A stretch of DNA of 64,000 nucleotides from Minisyncoccota bacterium (GTDB lineage: Bacteria > Patescibacteriota > Minisyncoccia > Phycocordibacterales > Phycocordibacteraceae). This document shows positions 46,444 to 55,397 of the stretch, one piece after another (position 1 is the first letter of the stretch; every line of letters begins with the position of its first letter). The notes under the pieces were generated by a model. That model had not been told where the DNA came from, did no database searches, and worked only from the letters and a program-made list of their open reading frames with translations. The stretch lies in assembly GCA_022841985.1 (NCBI GenBank), contig JALHQL010000001.1, forward strand, positions 5,529 through 69,528, given 5' to 3'. The position numbers and the translations under genes are program-made.

Positions 46444-47397
46444 TCATTCCCCTTCTACAGCCTCTCCAACACCTCCATGAACCGCGGCACCATGGAGTGC
46501 GCTTACGATGTCGTCAATACCGCCCGCAAGAATCTTCGGTAGATTGTGCCACGACTCCTTCAGTCGATGATCGGTAACCCGGTCTTGCAGGTAATTATAA
46601 GTACGAATCTTCTCGGAGCGGTCTCCGGTACCTATCTGCTCTTTACGCTCAGCCGCATGCTTCTTTGCCTCTTCCTCTTCACGAAGCACGTCAAGTTTCG
46701 CGACAAGAATCTGCATAGCTTTCTCACGGTTCGCAAGCTGACTACGCTCCGAGGAGGAGCGTACGTCGATACCGGTCGGAATATGCACGAGTCGCACCGC
46801 GGACTCAACTTTGTTCACATTCTGTCCACCTGCCCCACCGCTGCGCGAAAACTCCATGCGAATATCCGCCGGGTTGATTTCAATCTTCGACTTATTGCGA
46901 ATCGGTAGCACGGCAATTGAAGCAGTGGAGGTATGTATACGGCCCGACTTCTCAGTAAGCGGAACGCGCTGCACCCGATGCACTCCGGTCTCATAGCGAA
47001 GAGCATCATATGCATCGGCGCCGACAATCTCGAGAGTGAGATCATCGATGGCACGCGTCTTCCATCTGCGATGCTCCGCGTACTTCTGGTACATCTCTTT
47101 CAAATCACGCGCAAAGATAGCCGCCTCGTCGCCCCCCGTACCAGCGCGCAGTTCCATCACGACCGAGATCGGCCGTGCGACTTCTTCTTTCTCCTTCGCG
47201 AGAATTTGCTCGATCTCGGCAAGGATATCCGTCTGGCGAGAACGGATGCGAAAAACCTCTTCATTCGCCATGGCTTTCAGTCCCTCCTCGGCTCCGGCAG
47301 CGCCCATGGTTTCCACCGCCTCATTCTCAAGGCGCTCGTATTCCTCCGCGAGATACGCGGTCGCGAAATTCTTCTTAAATTCAGGCGAATAGTCCAT
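46444..47397 (-). CDS. prfA: Peptide chain release factor 1 (N-terminally compact)
   Basis: 317 aa. GGQ motif ([25 protein letters not shown]). Codon-recognition tripeptide P-L-T within [25 protein letters not shown] (RF1-type PxT; RF2 would be SPF). Confidence 0.75.
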   Translation of the reverse strand: MDYSPEFKKNFATAYLAEEYERLENEAVETMGAAGAEEGLKAMANEEVFRIRSRQTDILAEIEQILAKEKEEVARPISVVMELRAGTGGDEAAIFARDLKEMYQKYAEHRRWKTRAIDDLTLEIVGADAYDALRYETGVHRVQRVPLTEKSGRIHTSTASIAVLPIRNKSKIEINPADIRMEFSRSGGAGGQNVNKVESAVRLVHIPTGIDVRSSSERSQLANREKAMQILVAKLDVLREEEEAKKHAAERKEQIGTGDRSEKIRTYNYLQDRVTDHRLKESWHNLPKILAGGIDDIVSALHGAAVHGGVGEAVEGE

Positions 47398-47518
47398 ACC
47401 AAACAGTATACGCGAAACGGGATGTTACATTTCAATGCATCCGGAGCACAACGGCGCGAGGCAGAATACATTTCCAGCAGGAAATTATGCGGCCCCGAAA
47501 TGTAATATCCCGTGAGAG

Positions 47519-47770
47519 TTATTTCTTCTTTGCTGCGCGCTGCTTAAATCGCTCCACGCGACCCGCCTTGTCAAGCGTACGGTCTTCACCCGTATAAAAA
47601 GGATGCGACTTTGAGGAAATTTCGACGACAAGCTTCGGGTATTCCTTACCATCTTCCCACTTTGCGGTTTCGGTCGTATGCACGGTGGACCCAATGAGAA
47701 AACGAGCGCCCGAGGCGATATCCTCAAAAATCACCTCGCGGTACGTGTCCGGATGGATATTCTTTTTCAT
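47519..47770 (-). CDS. rpmE: 50S ribosomal protein L31, Cys-less (C-minus / type B) form
   Basis: 83 aa. [13 protein letters not shown]...SKSHPFYTG matches L31. No Cys residues, so no Zn-ribbon CxxC motifs. Confidence 0.85.
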   Translation of the reverse strand: MKKNIHPDTYREVIFEDIASGARFLIGSTVHTTETAKWEDGKEYPKLVVEISSKSHPFYTGEDRTLDKAGRVERFKQRAAKKK

Positions 47771-47880
47771 TCCGCAGATGATAGCACAGGCTTAGAATTC
47801 TTGGAAGGAGGAGTCCTGCCCGACGTAAGACGACACTGAAAAAAACCATTCCGATGCGAAACATAGACAAGAGCTTTTCT

Positions 47881-47913
47881 AGTATCTATGAAGGTTTAAC
47901 CTTCATAGATACT
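47881..47913. repeat. 33-bp perfect palindrome AGTATCTATGAAGGTT-T-AACCTTCATAGATACT upstream of rpmE
   Basis: Read directly. 16-bp arms around a single central T. About 110 nt upstream of the rpmE start codon. Confidence 0.6.
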
Positions 47914-47941
47914 CCTGCGCTATTCGGTGGGTTTTTTATTT

Positions 47942-47984
47942 TCTGTATATACAGAAACGACCTGATCCTATGGATCAGGTCGTT
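47942..47984. repeat. Adjacent palindromes TCTGTATATACAGA and AACGACCTGATCC-TAT-GGATCAGGTCGTT (13-bp stem)
   Basis: Read directly. Together with 47881-47913 they give three consecutive dyad elements within a 420-nt intergenic region. Confidence 0.6.
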
Positions 47985-48004
47985 CGACACCTCTCTCGCA
48001 ATTC

Positions 48005-48112
48005 CTAAGTATTCTTTCGATATTTCCCGAAAAGCGCCTCGAAAAGCGTTTCGAAAAGCTCGAGAATACATACTGAATTGCGACGGTTACGCCAAGAGCA
48101 TGCGCTATTCAT
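48005..48112 (-). CDS. Possible 35-codon small ORF with strong SD (GGGAGG, 8-nt spacer), built on a tandem GCTTTTCG x3 repeat
   Basis: Minus sense GAAGGGAGGTTTTGATT-ATG AAT AGC GCA TGC ... TAG gives MNSACSWRNRRNSVCILELFETLFEALFGKYRKNT. The triple DNA repeat (48027-48065) encodes the LFE-TLFE-ALF segment. Coding status unproven. Confidence 0.2.
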   Translation of the reverse strand: MNSACSWRNRRNSVCILELFETLFEALFGKYRKNT

Positions 48113-48191
48113 AATCAAAACCTCCCTTCAGAAAAAACGAATCTTATCCAAATTAATGTATAACACAGTTCTTATTTTTAATCAAATTAAT

Positions 48192-49574
48192 TTACCCACC
48201 AAGTTGATCGATCGTCCTCTGGAACGTCGCGGCAAATCCCATAACGCCGTCGCCATAGAAAGCATAGGCTCGATTCTTCGCCCCCACCCACCCAGCGAAA
48301 TAGCGTAACGCCGCAAGTCGTTCAGCTTGAGGAGTTTGTGCGTCTGCGCCATTGTCTGCCATAAGCATGGCGGTCGCCATGATGGCGGTCTGTGCATTCC
48401 ATGGATTACTTGGCGAAGAACTCCCTAGAAGTTTTCGAACGCGATCTTTACTTTCGACATATACCCATGGACCCTGCCAAAAAGGATTCCCGGCACCTGA
48501 TGGCGCACATCCGTTCGTATTCACGTTCACAAATCCTCCGTAACATACCCAGGTCGATGGAATGAACTGTCCTGGCCCCATTGCCCCACCCCACCCATAC
48601 GAAGGTCTCTTTGAGACCGGCATCTTGTCAGGATCGAGGCCGAGCGCCTGTGTGATGTAGACGAATACCGGTTGATCGCGAGTCGGCGACATATCAACTC
48701 GCCATGAGCCGGTGCCGAGATTCTGGCCGAGATTTGTTTCTTGCTTTAAAACACCGAGTGTAACCGCGGCACGAGTGCCTGTCGCCTTCTCAGCCGCCTT
48801 TGCATACGCAAGCGCTGTACCAAACGGTATCGCGGCGCTGTCCCGAAGCGAGAATAGCTCAGCGCGAATCTGAGCAGCTGTCTTCTGATTAGTGGTAATG
48901 AGTTTCTGGAAATTTGCTTCAATGCCTTTAGTCTCTTTGAGTAGTTGCTGCTTCTCTCTTTCTTGTGCTTGAACCTGCTGTCTAGCGAGTTGCGCTATAG
49001 TGCGCAATTGCTCCTGTTCTGCGAGCCGCTCTTGCAATGCTTCCTTCTCAGCTTCGGTTGAGGAACTTGTTTTTTCAATCTGAGTAAACGAATTCGAGAG
49101 TTCTCTTTTTATAGAAGTGAAGGCATCAAGATCGCTAAAGAAGTCAGAGACCGATTGCGAACCGAGCGCGACACTGACGACCGAATAATCGTCAATAATT
49201 TGAGTCTGTCGCAAGATCTGTGCCAGAGACTCTTTCTCCGCAACAAGCCGTGCGGAGAGCTCGGCAAGAGTCTTATTATGTGCTCCGATATTATCGTTTA
49301 ATTTCGTTATAGTGAGATTGATTGCCTGAATTTGGAGTTGAGTTTTCTTTATTTCCGCATTGAAAGCATTTATTTGTGTCTGAAGTGTCTGTCGCTGATT
49401 TTTCGTAGAATCAAGTACTTGCTGCTGTGCAGTAATCTGGTTCTCAAGTGCGTCGAGCTGATTTTGAAGCTCTTGTTGACGGCCCTCTATGCCTGAAGAT
49501 GTGCTCTGGGCAAAGGTAAGCGATGGCGCAAGCATAAGCGCGAATCCGAGGACAAAAGAAAAGACCCGATGCAT
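48192..49574 (-). CDS. Secreted coiled-coil protein with C-terminal lytic-transglycosylase (MltB/family-3-like) domain
   Basis: 460 aa. Signal peptide MHRVFSFVLGFALMLAPSLTFAQS. About 200 aa of Gln/Leu-rich heptad coiled coil. C-terminal GWGGAMGPGQFIPSTW resembles the MltB-family catalytic region motif AGAMGPMQFMPSTW. Confidence 0.6.
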   Translation of the reverse strand: MHRVFSFVLGFALMLAPSLTFAQSTSSGIEGRQQELQNQLDALENQITAQQQVLDSTKNQRQTLQTQINAFNAEIKKTQLQIQAINLTITKLNDNIGAHNKTLAELSARLVAEKESLAQILRQTQIIDDYSVVSVALGSQSVSDFFSDLDAFTSIKRELSNSFTQIEKTSSSTEAEKEALQERLAEQEQLRTIAQLARQQVQAQEREKQQLLKETKGIEANFQKLITTNQKTAAQIRAELFSLRDSAAIPFGTALAYAKAAEKATGTRAAVTLGVLKQETNLGQNLGTGSWRVDMSPTRDQPVFVYITQALGLDPDKMPVSKRPSYGWGGAMGPGQFIPSTWVCYGGFVNVNTNGCAPSGAGNPFWQGPWVYVESKDRVRKLLGSSSPSNPWNAQTAIMATAMLMADNGADAQTPQAERLAALRYFAGWVGAKNRAYAFYGDGVMGFAATFQRTIDQLGG

Positions 49575-49631
49575 TGTCGGATCATTTTACCATGCCTGCC
49601 GAGCAATGGGAGCGGATCTTGCAAGCAGCGT

Positions 49632-50276
49632 TTATTCCTTTGCAACTTCTGCTGTCTCTGTATCCTCCTTACCCTTCTTCTCAACTTCGATTGAGGCGAT
49701 ATCTGCCGATGCGGCCACCTCTTCTTTTTCCTCGACGACCTCTTGAGCAAGAGCGATGACTTCTTCTGGTTCGACAGCAAGCTCTATACCTGCAGGAAGT
49801 ACCACATCTTTCGCATAAATACGGTCGTTAATAGCCGCGAGCGCGGACAAATCAATTGTAATGGTATGGGGAAGATTCATTGGATCTGCCTTCACCTCAA
49901 GCTCGTGGAGCACCTTCACAAGGTTCGCACCCGATTTCACTGCTGGGGATTCGCCAATAAATGCCAATGGAATAGCAACCTGCACCTTCTTGCCTTTGGT
50001 CACTGCATAAAAATCAACATGGCGCGGCTGATTCGTTAAAGGATCGAGATCAACTTCGTGGATAAGTGTTGGAAGCGGCGCACCGAGGCCAGAAAGAGAG
50101 ACGATGGTCGCCTCACCTGCTTCGCGTAAAACCTTCTCAAAAGCACGTGTCGACACGGTAATTGGCGTGGACTCCTTGTGGGCTCCATAGACAACTGCCG
50201 GGATGAATCCGGTACGACGAAGTACCGGTACCGAAGCACTTGTTTTTTCGCGTTTCTCTACCGAAAGCGTAAGCAT
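49632..50276 (-). CDS. rplY: 50S ribosomal protein L25 / general stress protein Ctc form. Start at the internal Met MLTLSVEKREK.
   Basis: L25 N-domain (RRTGFIPAVVYG) and beta-barrel C-domain. Acidic C-terminal tail. The longer ORF-track form (from 50453) has an implausible N-extension. Confidence 0.8.
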   Translation of the reverse strand: MLTLSVEKREKTSASVPVLRRTGFIPAVVYGAHKESTPITVSTRAFEKVLREAGEATIVSLSGLGAPLPTLIHEVDLDPLTNQPRHVDFYAVTKGKKVQVAIPLAFIGESPAVKSGANLVKVLHELEVKADPMNLPHTITIDLSALAAINDRIYAKDVVLPAGIELAVEPEEVIALAQEVVEEKEEVAASADIASIEVEKKGKEDTETAEVAKE

Positions 50277-50314
50277 GATGGCTTGAATATACGGGAAAGC
50301 CCGAAGAAATGCAA

Positions 50315-51307
50315 TCAGCCGAGCGCGGCAGAGACTTTTGAAAGACGACCAAGGAAAGCTGTGCGAGCTGCGAGAACATTCTCCTCCTTCCCTCCCCAGA
50401 GCGAAAGCGCCTCTTCTTGGAGAGCGCGCGCATACGAAAAGGTGAGTGGCCATGGAGCATGGACTTCCTTCGCCCGACGAGTTATTGCTGCAAGATTCGC
50501 CGTCGCCTCGTCCGATGTCTGCCCGCCTGAAAGAAAGACGATGCCCGCCACTTTTCGCGGAACACTTTGCATAAGCGCGGCAATTGTATCTTCTGCGACC
50601 TCCTCCGGAGTATCCTTTTTCCCACTCTCGCTCCCCGAGAGCGCCATGGATGTTTTTAAGATGACACTCGTGAGATCAACCGAATGCTCCTCAAGCACCG
50701 AAAAGAGCGTGCCAAGCACCTCTTCGATGACTGCGCGGGAACGCGCACGGCTGTGCTTCCCCTCAAGTAGTACCTCGGGCTCTATAATTGGTACGAGACC
50801 TGCCGTCTGCACCTCCTTTGCATACTGCGCGAGACGTTTTGCATTTTCGTGAATGGCTGCAGCAGTTGGTAACTGATCGCCATCAATACGAACAACCGCA
50901 CGCCATTTAGTAAAGACGGCACCCTGCTTCTTATACTCCGCGAGCCGCTCAGGCAAATCGAGGAGACCTTGTGTGATGAGCTCTTGCGGGCTTGTGCTGA
51001 TAGGTTCGGTGCCAAGATCGACTTTCACACCCGGTAAAATGCCTCGTGCTGCAAGTGATTCAGGAAATAATTTTTTATCATTCCCTTTTTCGAGCATTGT
51101 TTCCGAAAAAAGAATGACGCCAGAGAGATACTGCTCGACGCCTTCGGTTCCCATAAAAAGATCGCGATACTGACGGCGCATTTCAGCACTCGTAGGAATA
51201 CCGTAGGAAGCAAGGCGCGCGGTCGCGCTATGCACGCTTTCATCTGCAGCAAGAACTCCTTTACCAGGAGTAAAAAGTGCACGAGCAATCAACGCAAGGT
51301 CTGTCAT
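50315..51307 (-). CDS. fba: Fructose-bisphosphate aldolase, class I. Start at the internal Met MTDLALIARALF.
   Basis: Hallmark class I FBA N-terminal motif GKGVLAADES. Schiff-base Lys region (LLEGKHSRARS). About 330 aa. Confidence 0.8.
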   Translation of the reverse strand: MTDLALIARALFTPGKGVLAADESVHSATARLASYGIPTSAEMRRQYRDLFMGTEGVEQYLSGVILFSETMLEKGNDKKLFPESLAARGILPGVKVDLGTEPISTSPQELITQGLLDLPERLAEYKKQGAVFTKWRAVVRIDGDQLPTAAAIHENAKRLAQYAKEVQTAGLVPIIEPEVLLEGKHSRARSRAVIEEVLGTLFSVLEEHSVDLTSVILKTSMALSGSESGKKDTPEEVAEDTIAALMQSVPRKVAGIVFLSGGQTSDEATANLAAITRRAKEVHAPWPLTFSYARALQEEALSLWGGKEENVLAARTAFLGRLSKVSAALG

Positions 51308-51360
51308 GACTACATCATACCATGTACGCCACGTGGAACATGGTATACTTACACTCAAGT

Positions 51361-52344
51361 ATGGATTTCATCGCTATTGGTGACACTGCGGTTGACGAAT
51401 TTATTAAACTCAAAGAAGCGCGCGTCAATTGCGATATCAATAATCAGGATTGCACCATCTCAATGAAATGGGGCGATAAGATTCCCTATGAATTTTCCGT
51501 GCTTGTGCCAGGCGTAGGGAATGCGGCAAACGCCGCAGTTGCAGCCGCACGTCTCGGTCTCTCCTCTGGATTCGTTTCTAATGTTGGCAATGATCGCTAT
51601 GGTGAAGAAACCCTCGCCGCCTTCAAAAAGGAGGGTGTCGATACGACGTATATCGCCGTCAACGACGGTATGCCGACAAATCATCACTATGTGCTTTGGT
51701 ATGAAGCCGAGCGCACTATCCTCATCCGACACGAAGCGTATCCCTATGTCATTCCGAAAAAATTTGTACCCCCGAGATGGATATATCTTTCCTCTGCTGG
51801 CGAACGCTCGGAGGCGTTCCATGGTGAACTCGCCGCATGGCTTGTTGCCCATCCGGAGACAAAGCTCGCTTTCCAGCCTGGTACGTTCCAAATGTCTATG
51901 GGTAAAGAAAAGCTTGCGCCGCTGTACGCTGCCACCGAACTCGTCGCTTGTAACAAAGAGGAAGCGGAGCGCATTCTTGGAATCGGTGAGACGAACATCA
52001 AAGAACTTCTCGAAAAGATGCGCGCCCTTGGTCCGAAAATCGCACTCATCACCGACGGTCCAAACGGCGCATACGCGTTTGACGGTACCGAGATGCTTAA
52101 AATTACTATGTATCCTGATCAGAAACCACCTGTAGACCGTACCGGTGCCGGAGATGCAACAACCTCAACTGTTGTCGTCGCACTCGCACAGGGCTTGCCT
52201 CTACGGGAAGCGCTTCTCTGGGGACCAGTGAACTCTATGTCGGTGGTACAAGAAATCGGTGCGCAAAAAGGCCTCCTCACGCGAGAAAAGCTCGAAGAAT
52301 ATCTTAAGAACGCCCCCGCGGATTATCGCGTAGAATCGCTATAG
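51361..52344 (+). CDS. PfkB-family carbohydrate kinase (ribokinase/phosphofructokinase-B-like). Start at ATG 51361 (MDFIAIGDTAVD).
   Basis: N-terminal GD motif IAIGDTAVD. C-terminal anion-hole motif DRTGAGDA. About 327 aa. Confidence 0.7.
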   Translation: MDFIAIGDTAVDEFIKLKEARVNCDINNQDCTISMKWGDKIPYEFSVLVPGVGNAANAAVAAARLGLSSGFVSNVGNDRYGEETLAAFKKEGVDTTYIAVNDGMPTNHHYVLWYEAERTILIRHEAYPYVIPKKFVPPRWIYLSSAGERSEAFHGELAAWLVAHPETKLAFQPGTFQMSMGKEKLAPLYAATELVACNKEEAERILGIGETNIKELLEKMRALGPKIALITDGPNGAYAFDGTEMLKITMYPDQKPPVDRTGAGDATTSTVVVALAQGLPLREALLWGPVNSMSVVQEIGAQKGLLTREKLEEYLKNAPADYRVESL

Positions 52345-52357
52345 AGACAGTTGATTT

Positions 52358-53371
52358 CTATCCTATACTTTTACTAAGCTCTCGCGCTGCTGTCTGAATG
52401 TGGAGAGTATCGAGTCCGTAATGTTCGAGAAGTTGATCTGGTTCGCCTGATTGGCCAAATACATCCAATACGCCGAGTAGCCGCATTGGCATCGGATGAT
52501 GCTGTGAAAGAAACTCAGCAATAGCACTACCAAAACCACCTGCTGCTTGATGTTCCTCAACCGTGACAACACCGTCGACACTCCGCACTGCATCAAGCAC
52601 CGCCCCCTCATCGAGCGGCTTTACCGTAGGCACATGGAGCACAAGCGAATCAATGCCACTCTCGGAGAGTGCCCGGGCCGCCATGAGCGCCGTATAGCTC
52701 AAAGAACCTGTTGAGAGAATTGCCACTTTGGGACTCTCTGATTTCCAAAGCATCATTGCCTTCCCGATTGTAAAAGGCGTGTCGCTTGTCGTGAAGATCG
52801 GCGTCGCGGTACGGCTAAAACGAATATAGACTGGCCCGTCCGTCTGCGCCGCAGCAAGAACAGCCTTGCGTGCTTCTTCTGCATCTCCAGGTGCAAGTAC
52901 CGTCATCCCAGGAAGCATTCGCATCAGACCAATATCTTCAAGCATTTGATGTGTTGCGCCGTCGGGACCAACCGAGACACCTGCATGCATGCCGCATATC
53001 TTGACCGGCATATGATTGAGGGCGATTGTTGTTCGAATCTGTTCATAATTGCGACCGGGATTAAATGCTGCGTAGCTAGTAATGAATGGGATCTTGCCCG
53101 CAGCCGCCATACCAGCGGCTACCGTAGCCATGTTTTGCTCGGCGACACCCATCTCGACAAAACGTTCCGGAAATTCTTTTTGAAACCATTCGGCGCGAGT
53201 GCTTTCAGAGAGATCGGCACAGAGCACAACAACACGCGGATCATTTTTACCCGCTTCAACAGAACCTTTCCCAAAGCCGTCGCGCGTCGATGCTTTCTCG
53301 ATATCATCTGCAAATATTTTTGCAGAAAGTTTTGCGTCAGAATTAAGCATATTCGTGGAGAACTTTACCAC
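52358..53371 (-). CDS. Transketolase, C-terminal (pyrimidine-binding + C-terminal domain) subunit of a split transketolase
   Basis: 337 aa. Matches the Tkt Pyr and C-terminal domains (EMGVAEQNMATVAAGMAAAGKIPF..., GPDGATHQMLEDI). Overlaps the N-terminal subunit gene by 29 nt. Confidence 0.8.
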   Translation of the reverse strand: MVKFSTNMLNSDAKLSAKIFADDIEKASTRDGFGKGSVEAGKNDPRVVVLCADLSESTRAEWFQKEFPERFVEMGVAEQNMATVAAGMAAAGKIPFITSYAAFNPGRNYEQIRTTIALNHMPVKICGMHAGVSVGPDGATHQMLEDIGLMRMLPGMTVLAPGDAEEARKAVLAAAQTDGPVYIRFSRTATPIFTTSDTPFTIGKAMMLWKSESPKVAILSTGSLSYTALMAARALSESGIDSLVLHVPTVKPLDEGAVLDAVRSVDGVVTVEEHQAAGGFGSAIAEFLSQHHPMPMRLLGVLDVFGQSGEPDQLLEHYGLDTLHIQTAARELSKSIG

Positions 53372-54203
53372 TCATCGTGCGAATCTCTTTCAGAAATCGC
53401 TTTCCTTCTTCCTTGGAAGGCGGCTTGCCGTGCCAGCGATAATCGAACTCGATTTCTGGAACGCCCTTTCCGGGAATGGTGTGTGCAATGATAAGTACTG
53501 GCTTCTCATAAATCGCTTTTGCTTCATCGACTGCAGAGATAAACGCACGTACGTCGTTCCCATTCACTTCAAGTACGTGCCAATTGAATGCGCGGTACTT
53601 GTCCGCGATCGGCTCAAGCGGCATGATGTCTTCAGTCATGCCGTCAATCTGAATATTATTACGGTCCATAACCGCAATAAGGTTTGAGAGTTTGTATTTC
53701 CCGGCAAACATGGCTGCTTCCCAGATATTTCCTTCCTCTTGCTCCCCATCGCTCATGAGGCAATAGACGCGCTGCTTTTTATCATCCATGCGGAATGCAT
53801 ACGCCATTCCAGCGGCTTGGGAAAGACCTTCACCAAGCGGGCCCGAAGTGGTTTCAAGCCCCGGTAAATGCAACCGCTCGGGGTGTCCTTGAAGCCGACT
53901 ACCAAACTTCCGAAGCGTGAGGCATTCTTCAATCGAAAAATAACCGCTATGCGCCAGTGCGGCATAGAGCACCGGACAAATATGACCATTGGAAAGAACG
54001 AGACGGTCACGTTCTTCCCAACTTGGCAACTTTGGATTGTGATTAAGAATATGAAAATAAAAGGCCGTGAATACATCCGCCATACCCAAGGGGCCGGCCG
54101 TGTGGCCAGACTTTGCCTCGACAAGCATCTGGATTACTGTCTCGCGAATTGCTTCGGCTTTTGTCTCAAGTGTACGCACCTGTTCATCATCGAGTGACAT
54201 CAT
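53343..54203 (-). CDS. Transketolase, N-terminal (thiamine-diphosphate-binding) subunit
   Basis: 286 aa. TPP-binding GDG...N motif region (LMSDGEQEEGNIWEAA). HxxGHxxP-like SGHTAGPLG. Confidence 0.8.
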   Translation of the reverse strand: MMSLDDEQVRTLETKAEAIRETVIQMLVEAKSGHTAGPLGMADVFTAFYFHILNHNPKLPSWEERDRLVLSNGHICPVLYAALAHSGYFSIEECLTLRKFGSRLQGHPERLHLPGLETTSGPLGEGLSQAAGMAYAFRMDDKKQRVYCLMSDGEQEEGNIWEAAMFAGKYKLSNLIAVMDRNNIQIDGMTEDIMPLEPIADKYRAFNWHVLEVNGNDVRAFISAVDEAKAIYEKPVLIIAHTIPGKGVPEIEFDYRWHGKPPSKEEGKRFLKEIRTMSGKVLHEYA

Positions 54204-54209
54204 GTTGGA

Positions 54210-54908
54210 TTATACCCTAAAAGGAGTCTGGATTTCTTGAAACGCTACAAAGGCTGCAGAAGGATCGCTGACACGCAAAATACCTGAGCCTACAATAAGA
54301 TCTGAAACACCAAGTTCAAGAAGTGATTTTGCACTCTGAAGAGAGACCCCACCGTCCACTTGCATCGGGACTTCTGGATGATGAGCATGGAATGCACGAA
54401 TTTTTTCTAGAACACGTGAATCGAAGACCTCTCCTTGTTTGCCGATAGATGCGATCCCCATGAACTGCACATATTGTATTTCTCTTAGGTAGGACTCTAA
54501 AAGAGAGAGGTCGCTCGCGATGTTAATCGCACAACCAAAAGAGATAAAATTACCATATCGACCTCGAAGGGTTTTGATGAGACGCGATAAGTCGATGGCA
54601 CTTTCGACATGGAAGGTAAGGCGCGTCGCACCTAGTGTGAGCCAGGTGCTAGCCGCTTGTTCCATATCGAGACACATGAGATCAATCTCATACGAGATGC
54701 GATCGAGTGCCGGCAACATATAGTTTTGCTCGACCAAAGTTTGAAATTCTTTGGGAGAAGAGTAAGGCCAAGAAACGGGGGTGGCAAAATGTCTGTCGAC
54801 AACATCAATCTGTATCCGAGAAACCGAAGGGATGCGCTCTAGCAACGCAAGCTTCTCGTCAAGATCTTCGTGCGAGGATGGAAGTATGGCTGGAACAATG
54901 AGACTCAT
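54210..54908 (-). CDS. rpe: Ribulose-phosphate 3-epimerase (divergent)
   Basis: 232 aa. TIM-barrel epimerase pattern (IVPAILPSS..., IQIDVVDRHF, DGGVSLQSAKSL, VGSGI). Located in the pentose-phosphate cluster. Confidence 0.65.
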   Translation of the reverse strand: MSLIVPAILPSSHEDLDEKLALLERIPSVSRIQIDVVDRHFATPVSWPYSSPKEFQTLVEQNYMLPALDRISYEIDLMCLDMEQAASTWLTLGATRLTFHVESAIDLSRLIKTLRGRYGNFISFGCAINIASDLSLLESYLREIQYVQFMGIASIGKQGEVFDSRVLEKIRAFHAHHPEVPMQVDGGVSLQSAKSLLELGVSDLIVGSGILRVSDPSAAFVAFQEIQTPFRV

Positions 54909-54911
54909 ACA

Positions 54912-55397
54912 TCAAAACTTTGCGAGACGCCGCTGATGCCGCTCATCGCGAGAAAATTCAGTTTCAAGAAATATCCGAACGGCTTCATCGGCCTCATTCC
55001 TTGAGACAAAACGCGCACCGATAGAAAGGACGTTTGCATCGTTGTGTCGACGAGGAAGTCGCACCACATCGTATTCATCTTCAGAATGACCGCCCTCGAT
55101 ATCGAGTGGTTCCTTCACTTTCATTTCGCCATAAAAAACAGCTGCGCGAATGCCGCGTACGCGATTCGCGCACATAGCTTCGCCTTGCCCACTACCGCCA
55201 ATGACGATGCCGCGGCTTCCCGGCTCGCTTATAACTCGCTTTGCAAGCGGAGTCACAAAATCTGGATAATCATCTTCTGGATCGAGGGAGAGGGCGCCTA
55301 AATCTTCGATTGCATACCCGAGGGTACGAACATACTCGACAAGTGCATTCTTGAGCGCAAACCCTGCATGATCAGAAGCGATAAATATTTTAGGCAT
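54912..55397 (-). CDS. rpiB: Ribose-5-phosphate isomerase B. Start at the internal Met MPKIFIASDHAGF.
   Basis: RpiB/LacAB fold: IASDHAGFALKNALVEYV, VIGGSGQGEAMCANRVRGIRAAV. About 160 aa. Confidence 0.8.
   Translation of the reverse strand: MPKIFIASDHAGFALKNALVEYVRTLGYAIEDLGALSLDPEDDYPDFVTPLAKRVISEPGSRGIVIGGSGQGEAMCANRVRGIRAAVFYGEMKVKEPLDIEGGHSEDEYDVVRLPRRHNDANVLSIGARFVSRNEADEAVRIFLETEFSRDERHQRRLAKF

Noticed and set aside
45066-46542. Plus-strand ORFs 45066-45602, 45672-46292 and 45766-46542
   Set aside because: Antisense to tsf and rpsB.
46933-47505. 190-aa plus-strand ORF over prfA
   Set aside because: Antisense. The GGQ/PxT frame is on the minus strand.
47804-47810. AAGGAGG on the plus strand upstream of rpmE, as an SD for a plus-strand gene
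   Set aside because: No start codon within 5-12 nt downstream.
47854-48114. 86-aa plus-strand and 61-aa minus-strand ORFs in the rpmE upstream spacer
   Set aside because: No SD. Their frames are created by the palindromes. Only the SD-led 35-codon minus-strand frame was kept as a low-confidence candidate.
50178-50852. 224-aa plus-strand ORF
   Set aside because: Antisense to rplY and fba.
51521-52135. 204-aa plus-strand alternate frame inside the PfkB kinase gene
   Set aside because: Different frame of the same strand, Arg/Ser-rich. The PfkB motifs define the real frame.
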